From: Chrysomallon squamiferum
Lineage: Eukaryota; Animalia; Mollusca
Reading direction: 5' to 3'
Assembly (NCBI GenBank): GCA_012295275.1
Contig: CM022673.1
Location: 5,394,001 to 5,458,000 of the forward strand
Length of the DNA stretch: 64,000 nucleotides
Shown: positions 55,904-64,000 of the stretch, in pieces
Layout: every line of letters starts with the position of its first letter
Position numbering within the stretch: the first letter of the stretch is position 1
Translations under genes and position numbers: made by a program
The notes under the pieces: model-generated
Seen by the model: the letters and a program-made list of their open reading frames with translations, nothing else
The model's database searches: none
What the model was told of the DNA's origin: nothing

Positions 55904-58587
55904 TTACAAAGTATCTTCATTTATAATGGCTGACGTATTGTAATATATGTGTCTAAATATCGAACCCACGGTAATATTCCAAGTCTTAATGTCCTCTGCG
56001 TTATGTTCTGTTCCATGTTTTCTAATCCACAAATGGACAATGTAGTTGTTTTCCTTCCAGTCATAAAGTTTGCCAACCTCATACAACTGGGGAAGTTCCA
56101 TCCAGTTAGGTCGATGTAAAGATTTTTGTTCGGTGTATATTAAGTTTTTATATTGTTTGGCTAGTCTCGCCGGTAATTGCACAGAATGTTCTGCCCATTG
56201 TTGGTCTTGGAAAGTCTTGTATTTTGTATGCCAGATCTTCAGAAAGTCTGCCCAAGCCTTTGCAATGATTACACCATTACATAAACCACTGTCGTGTTCG
56301 TAACCCATCACCATTTCGTATTTCAACAACGGGTCCAGAGATCTAACGGTCATAGCGTCAAGATCAAGATATATCCCGCCGAACTCCATAACAGCCTCGA
56401 GGCGTACAATGTCAGTGGCGTGTTCAGAAACCTGAATGGGATTCCCATAAATTTCCGTTGGCGTATCTCGGTAGATTAAGATAATCTCTGGGACTTTTTG
56501 TCGCATTTCTTTGAAATAGTCTCCCTCCGGAACCATGTCCAACCAGAAAAAGATTCTGTCTGGTTTGATGAATTTGTGAGCAGCTAAAATAGCTAACATA
56601 TGATGAAAGCGAAAATGGTTTTTCTTTGGGCCGCCATACCACGTAAAATGAACTAAGCGTGGAATGACTCGTTCTGTGTGTTCGATATTCTTGGAGTATC
56701 TGACTGGTAAATTTAACTTTTCGTTAAAAGTCGTGTTTCTGACGTAAGTATAAAACGGATCAGTCGCTTTTTTCTTGCAAATATTTGTCTCCACACATAA
56801 CTTTTTACTCGCTGAATCTGATGGTTTAACTTTCTCTGGTGTAGCGATGTCAGAATTTCCGTAATAAATATATCTGAATATAGAACCAGCCGTCGTGTTC
56901 CACGTTTTAATATCGGTCGGATTATGCTCTATCCCGTGTTGGCGAATCCACAGATGAACAATGTAGTTGTTCTCTTTGTAGTTGAAGAGATTTCCATCTT
57001 TATACAGCATCTTCGCTTCCTCAGGCGTATAATTCGGTCTATGAAATGATTTCTCTTCTGTATGTATTAACTTAGGATATTTCAAGGCCAGGATCCCAGG
57101 CACCTGTACTGAATGATACTGCCACTGGTTATCGTCGAACGTTTTGTATGCTTCGTGCCAAATCTTTAAGAATTCTGCCCACTTGACGCCAATGATAACT
57201 CCGTTGCAAAGCGCATCCTTCCCTTCGTATCCCATCACCACGTCGTATTTAAGAAGAGGATCCAAAGGCTTGACGACAATAGCATCCAGGTCGAAGTACA
57301 TTCCGCCATATTCCAAAATGGCTTCCAGACGTACGATATCGGTAATGTGTTCGGCGACTTTCACAGGTCGACCATGTATTTCTTTTGGAGTTTTGCGATG
57401 GATCAGAAACAGTTCTGGAACCTTTTCTTTTAATTCCTTGAAATAATGTCCTTCTGGAATAAGATCAAACCAAAAATAAATCCGTTCCGGTTTCACAAAT
57501 TTATGCACAGCTAGAATGCTGATCAGGTGGTGAAATCGGAAATGGTTTTTCTGGGGCCCACCAAACTACGTGAAGTGCACCAATGACGGTATTACTCTTT
57601 TATCGTGAACGATATTCTTGTTTGTGTTGACAGGAGAATTGAGCATTTTATAAAACGTGTCATTACGTTTGTATACATAAAAGTTGGCAGCAGGATCTGG
57701 CTTGCATATGTTGTTCTCTATGCAGTTTTGAAGTGTCATTTCTGAAAAAGAAATCAATTCAAAAAAAATAAAGATACCAGTTACAGAAGTATGCGAGAGA
57801 AATAAGACGCAAGCAAAACTAAAAATAATATTAGTACCTTGAAACTTAACTCATGTATAACAAATATCTAAAAAGATAGTAAATGAAATACATATAACAT
57901 ATTTTGGCTATAATAATAAAATTAAAAATCTTCGAGTTATTCAAAGTAGATTTCAGCAGTATATAAGCTTTACATTAAAAATAGTGTAAATTGATTTTTT
58001 ATATCTGGAAAGAATTACTTTATTTGTTACTAGCTACCCATTTAAGCGAGTGTAATAGTAATAAAAATGAATGGAAGCTGACATTTTTCTTGACCTCATT
58101 ATGTAGATTAGAAATAAATTTCACAACATTAAATTTCTTACTTCTGAGTGTGTTGTCAGTGGTAGTTTCTCCCAGAGTTATGTACATATATTTTATTTTT
58201 GTGTTGTCTATGAAGAACATATAAACAGTAAGAAGAAGAGCGGCAGCGAAAAACAGAATCGCAAAGAAAAGTCGATTCATTCGAAACAGTGAAGCTTTTG
58301 GGTTACCTGCAAAAACAAAAATTAAATATGTTAATTAAGGTATCATCAATATAATTATTATTATTATTATTATGATTATTATTATTATTGTTGTTGTTGT
58401 TGTTGTTATTGTTGTTGTTGTTCTGGCTGTTGCTACTGCTGCTTTTGTTGTTATAGTTATTATTATTTTATTATTATCGTCATCAAAGTAATTATTGTTG
58501 TTCTTGCTGTTGTAATTATTATTATATATGCATGCATACATACATACTTACATACATGAATACATACAGAGAGACAGATAGACGCAC

Positions 58588-58654
<67 letters not shown>

Positions 58655-61605
58655 GAGATGTATGTACGTTTGTATGAATGTATAAAAGACTGTTTTAAAA
58701 TTTGAATAATAAGGTGTAATATATTAATGAACAATGTTATGTTTATGAAACAACTTCCTTATTCTTAATACTTCAAAATAACAACTGCTTTTGCTAAACA
58801 TTCTACATCATTTTGTGACGAGAAGCAGGGAATCTTTAATACATATTTTATCTCTAAACAATTTACCGCACAATTAATACAGTCACTTTAACGAAGATAA
58901 GGAATAAACTAATAACAATATTATCATTCGCTCACTGATGTAATATTAGGAAACAGCGAATAATGAGAAATGACAATAAAATATTTTAGAAATATTAACT
59001 TGCAGTAGTCTGAGTTTATTTCGTAGTAGACAAAACCACGAGTATATAAATAAATGAATTTCGTTTTAGGAGCGGTCCTAGGGGACAGTTATTTGGACAT
59101 TATGTACCAGACTTTAAATAAGGAAGAGGATTTGGCTGGTACAATTACATTCTTCAAGATTAGTGTTTTAAATCCCAATCAAATATTAACCTTGTTAAAA
59201 TCATTTAAATGTATCTGTTGACTGTCTGAAAATAATTAATTGTTTATAGAGCATGAATTCCAATTTCTAATTCCGTCCGTTTGGTCATTCACAGTGAAAG
59301 ACCTAGATCTCTATACTTTCATACAGCAATAATGTTGTTGATAGGTAACATTCGAAGGATAAAAACAAATGTATACGTCTATTTGTATGTTCACTGAAGG
59401 TCAGAAGAAATAAAAAGAGTTTTCAGAAAATCGTGACTGTGTGATTATGTCAAGTGACATTCCCAAAGCAAAAACAATTTTTATCTACCTGGTTATTATT
59501 CACTTTAAAATGAGTTTGAAATAATCAGGGCAGAATTTATATTTTTCTAAGTCCAAAAATGTTAAAGCATCAAGGCAAGATGGAGTGGCACCAAAGCAAA
59601 TACTTTTTCCAAAGAAAAGATATCAATATTACTTAATTCGTAGGATATGGTCGAACGATAATAAACAAATAAATATGTTTATTTATACGTTTGTAACCGA
59701 ACCACTGAAGGTCAAAAGAAACAAAAGTTCTTTCGAAATTTCGTGACAATGTGAAAATGAGGTGTGTGTAAATTTAGATCGACCCAGATCACCATGTAAC
59801 TGAATTGCTGAAGCTTGAACACTGTCAGTTTACAATATTATTGCGTTAAAATTGTTTGTAACGAAAGGACGTGGACAAAAACATATTAAGCTACCTGAAC
59901 ATTCACAGGAATATTATTTTCATTGTATATTGACATCAACAAGTATCGTATGATTAGCCAAAATGGCTGCGTCTATGATTTTGCTCAGAGAGTCAATCTT
60001 TATTGGAATAACACGGAATCAATCCACACAGAGCAACCAGACAGGTTTTTTTTTATTGCTCAGAACATTGTCCAAGTTTAGAGACACGAAGCCACGTTCG
60101 AGATATAAGAGATTTATTACTGGACTTGTATAGGTACTCGCTGAGTGTGTATGTGAGTGTGTGTGTGTGTTTGAATGCAGCAATACAGAAGTGTGGGATA
60201 TTTTATGTTAAATTGTATTATATTCCTTACTTTATTTATTTAGTTTAATTTTAGTATCTCTCTTTCTCCATATATATAATATATATTACAACGAGAGAGA
60301 AATAGAGATACTTATATTAAAACAAATGAATAATTATGCTAATATTTTACTTTATGATAAAATTTGAAGGAGAAATATTTTACGTTACTACTACTACGAA
60401 AACTACAGTAACAGCATATCCCGTCATAGCTTATAGGAAAACCTAAACCTAACGTACATCTACACGATTTTCTGAATAAAGACAGCCTGACAAAAATATA
60501 TTTACGAATAGATTTAGGAAAACGTCTTTTCAAACATATTTTAAAATGTTCTAAGTATATATTTTAGAGTTTATATATATACACATATTTTATTAGAACA
60601 AGTTTTAAAAAGATATTTAAATGTCTTGTGAACATATATTAAAATTTTCTATGTATATATTTTAGAGATTATAAAGGTTACATTCTAAATAGTTTTTCAT
60701 ATCGTTTTTAAAATTATATTAGAAATATTTGTTTTTAAATGTCAAACTGTATTTGTGTAATTCATGAACCTTTCTGGTTATAATTTTAAAATATATTTCA
60801 TTACCAATGAAAACATGTGTGTGAAATATGAAACTAGTAAACCTCTAAGTATATATATATGGTATCACTGTACATAAAAAATATTTTTGAATGTAAACAT
60901 TTTTGGTCTTGTAAAACAGTTTCATTATAACGGAGACTGAACAAATTGACTTCATTATCGTAAACATGTTTGTGTCTGCTGCTGAAATATACTGGTTAAT
61001 TGACTGACTGACTGTGAAAGAATAACTGGCGACAGCCAACACAGCAACGCCAATTAACGACATCTTCGCTATTTATGAAACACTAAGGCTTTTCAAGCTG
61101 CGGTTAATTGTTGTTGTTCATCCAACTATCATGCCTTAAATCTTTAATTTATTATTATTATTTTATATGCCTGTTTACTGACGTGTTACTGAACATTTTC
61201 AATTTGTTAATTAGTTATTAATACACAATATTTCAGATTTTTAATAAACTAAAGACCATGTCATATAAATCATAGTTTAATTGATTAAACAAACGCGAAC
61301 AAAATAATATCTTAATATTTACGATATTTTTTTTCTAGATTGTGTATATATTTTGTATATAATTTAATTAATAAATAAAATAAATAAATACTAACAATGA
61401 CAACAACAATAATGAAAATACATATATATATATTTTTTTTATTTATTTATTTATATATATGTATATATGTGTATGAATATAAGTATGTATGTGTGTACAT
61501 ACATACATATATATATTTATTTATTTATATATATGTATATATGTGTATGAATATAAGTATATACATATATATAAATAAATAAATAAAATTAAAATACTTA
61601 CTCAT
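55904..61605 (-). pseudogene. GT-D: chimeric (B-type 5' part, A-type 3' part) two-domain GT32 gene with nonsense TGG>TAG at 57566-57568; exons 61602-61605, 58142-58306, 55904-57741
   Basis: ORF 57566-57757 ends at ...SLVHFT* where other copies read VHFTW; the frame continues open to NEDTL*. Confidence 0.85.
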
Positions 61606-61893
61606 AATCTTGTTTTTAGGTAACAATCCAAACAACTATTAATTTCTTTCTTTTTTTTTTATTTTTTTTTTTTTTTTTTTTTTTTTTATTTGAATTGCAT
61701 TTTGTTTGCAATATTTATTGTTCCATAAAAAAGATATTTCACATCTGTTGCCTCTCGGGTTTTTTTGATTATGAGTGTGTGTGTCTCTCTGTGTTGGCGT
61801 GCGAGATCGGTTTCAAACAGGACACAAAAGACTAGCTGTTGATATTTCTGTTGTTCACCTCGGTCACGTTACAACGAGCAGACCACTAAAAAT

Positions 61894-62027
61894 ACAGTGC
61901 CAAATATAAAGATGCTGAGCTATCCTCCTGTGAAAAAAATATAGAGAGTAGGTTTGTAGCATTTGAAGAACTTGAAATGACGTCAAACACCAGCGCCACA
62001 GGAAATGACGAATCTGTTTCCCGCTGA
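61894..62027 (+). pseudogene. Truncated last-exon fragment of the membrane-protein gene, second version of 31914-32047
   Basis: Same junction and same internal deletion as 31914-32047. Confidence 0.9.
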
Positions 62028-63560
62028 CGTTGCTAATATTGTGCTCCTGTTATGTGTGTACTTCATAAAAAGCAGACAAAAAAAATAATAATAAAAAAAA
62101 TAAAAAAGAAGAAGAAGAAGAAGAGTATATAATAAAATAAAATATAATAAAATGATAATAAAAATATAAATAATAATATAATAATAATAAAGAAAGAAAA
62201 AGGATTATACCATGGCCATATTAAGTAACTATAGGTCTAAAACACTTTTTCTAGAGAACTTCGCATATGATGATTCGATAAATCAAGTGGAAATGATATT
62301 AAACATATCATTTAATTCATTCTCTTTATTATATGTATCAAAATATTATAGATAAAGTTATGATTCAATATCACAAGTGTCAGTTTTAATTACGTGCTTG
62401 ACCTGAACAAATTCATGTAACTTTATTTATAGAAAACAACAGCAGCAGCAGCAACAACAACAACACAAAATACTTTGTTTTAATGAGAAAGAAAAGTAAT
62501 AAAAAAATAAAAAATAAATAAAATAAAACAATATAAAATAAATGTATTATGAGTAAATAAATAAAGAAAACTAAGAAGAAAAATAAGAAATAGAAAACAG
62601 GAAGGGGAAATAATCTCTGCTACTTACTTTACAAGAGTTACTCTTCAATATATAATTTTTATTTTTTTTTATTTATTAATTTAGTGGTGTCGATTTCCTT
62701 CATTGTTTATGTAGCTGTTTATTTATTTATACATTATTTGATCTATTTATTAATTTAGTCATATTGATTTCCTTGACTGTTCATGAACCTGATTATTTAT
62801 TTATACATTATTAGTTCATTCATTTATCTATAAATGGCTTTCTTTATTTTCTTTATTTTTAAAAATTACAAACTCAAATTTATAATTATTTTGCATACAT
62901 TTATACTTTAATCAGCAGTAAAAATATATTAGATATCTCTAATTACTTAAGAATAAAAATTAACATCTTCTGTCGACATTGTATATACAAATTTAACACT
63001 GCTCAACATAATGTTATTTCAAACACAAAACTCTGGAAGGATTGTTTTCATTATTTACAGAAAAACAACGTTGACAAATACAGTGTCCGAAAATGTTGAC
63101 AAAAATAATAAATGCATAAAAATTACCGAAATCAGTACACAACAGAAACTGACAAATATATGAATGAATGAATTATATATTTTATTTATCTTTAACACAG
63201 ATCACAGAAGTATATTTAAAACTGCATAGCATATAATACACATACACCATAAGGCCCTATATGTTCACATTACCAACTAACATGACTGAAGGCTTTGAAA
63301 GAAAACAATATTCGCCGACATTTCTTAAGTAGAAAAATTAAAAAGAAACGTGTGTGTGTTAACACATCAAAAGACATAAAAACATATACATAATGTAGAT
63401 ATATAAAAACATAGATATAATCATAAACATATATATATATACACACACACACACACGTAAAAACATATATATAAACACAAAAAATAATTTCCTATAAAAA
63501 GGAAGGTACATTATTCGCCGATTTCTAAGTATTGTCAAAACGTATAAAAATAAAAGAAAA

Positions 63561-63605
<45 letters not shown>

Positions 63606-63709
63606 GCAGATTAGATTATAAATCATATAAGCCTGATAAAGAAGTAGAAATCCTATAAGCATCTATATTTATATAATCTACACATGAAAGGACTACATTA
63701 CAAAGTCTC

Positions 63710-64000
63710 TTAATTTATAATGGCTGACGTATTGTAATATATGTGTCTAAATATCGAACCCACGGTAGTATTCCAAGTCTTAATGTCCTCTGCGTTATGT
63801 TCTGTTCCATGTTTTCTAATCCACAAATGGACAATGTAGTTGTTTTCCTTCCAGTCATAAAGTTTGCCAACCTCGTACAACTGGGGAAGCTCTGCCCAGT
63901 TAGGTCGATGAAAGGATTTTTGCTCGGTGTGTATTAAGTTTTTATATTGTTTGGCTAGTCTGGCCGGTAAAAGCACAGAATGTTCTCCCCATTGTTGGTC
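63710..64000 (-). CDS. GT-E: 3' end of the GT-C counterpart (domain 2 C-terminus), cut by the window edge
   Basis: ..QWGEHSVLLPARLAKQYKNLIHTEQKSFHRPNWAELPQ...SAIIN*; flanks match 32047-34034. Confidence 0.8.
   Translation of the reverse strand, partial: DQQWGEHSVLLPARLAKQYKNLIHTEQKSFHRPNWAELPQLYEVGKLYDWKENNYIVHLWIRKHGTEHNAEDIKTWNTTVGSIFRHIYYNTSAIIN

Overview
AT-rich, microsatellite-dense animal genomic DNA with GT-AG introns; an invertebrate is likely, but the taxon cannot be fixed from sequence alone. The window holds two near-identical versions of one locus on either side of a 200-N gap (36111-36310): 1-~34 kb recurs at 39659-64000. Each version has (i) a spliced METTL27/WBSCR27-like SAM methyltransferase on +, (ii) a decayed MULE transposon followed by a 45-bp minisatellite (24 vs 3 units), (iii) a 4-exon orphan type I membrane protein with a ~9-aa ectodomain on +, and (iv) a minus-strand tandem array of type II Golgi-like DxD glycosyltransferases (GT32, A4GNT/A4GALT-like), each carrying two catalytic domains in one ~1.8-kb exon. 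The GT array is the most notable system. Of five copies (A-E), only B is fully intact. A has a 47-bp frameshift deletion, D has an independent Trp-to-stop, C has two stops in the inter-domain linker, and E is cut by the window edge. D is an A/B chimera, so the right-hand version lacks one ~8.5-kb unit. Amino-acid differences cluster in a few short loops. By inference this resembles a polymorphic, histo-blood-group-like glycan-diversifying locus. The large duplication may be two haplotypes assembled in tandem rather than a true duplication.
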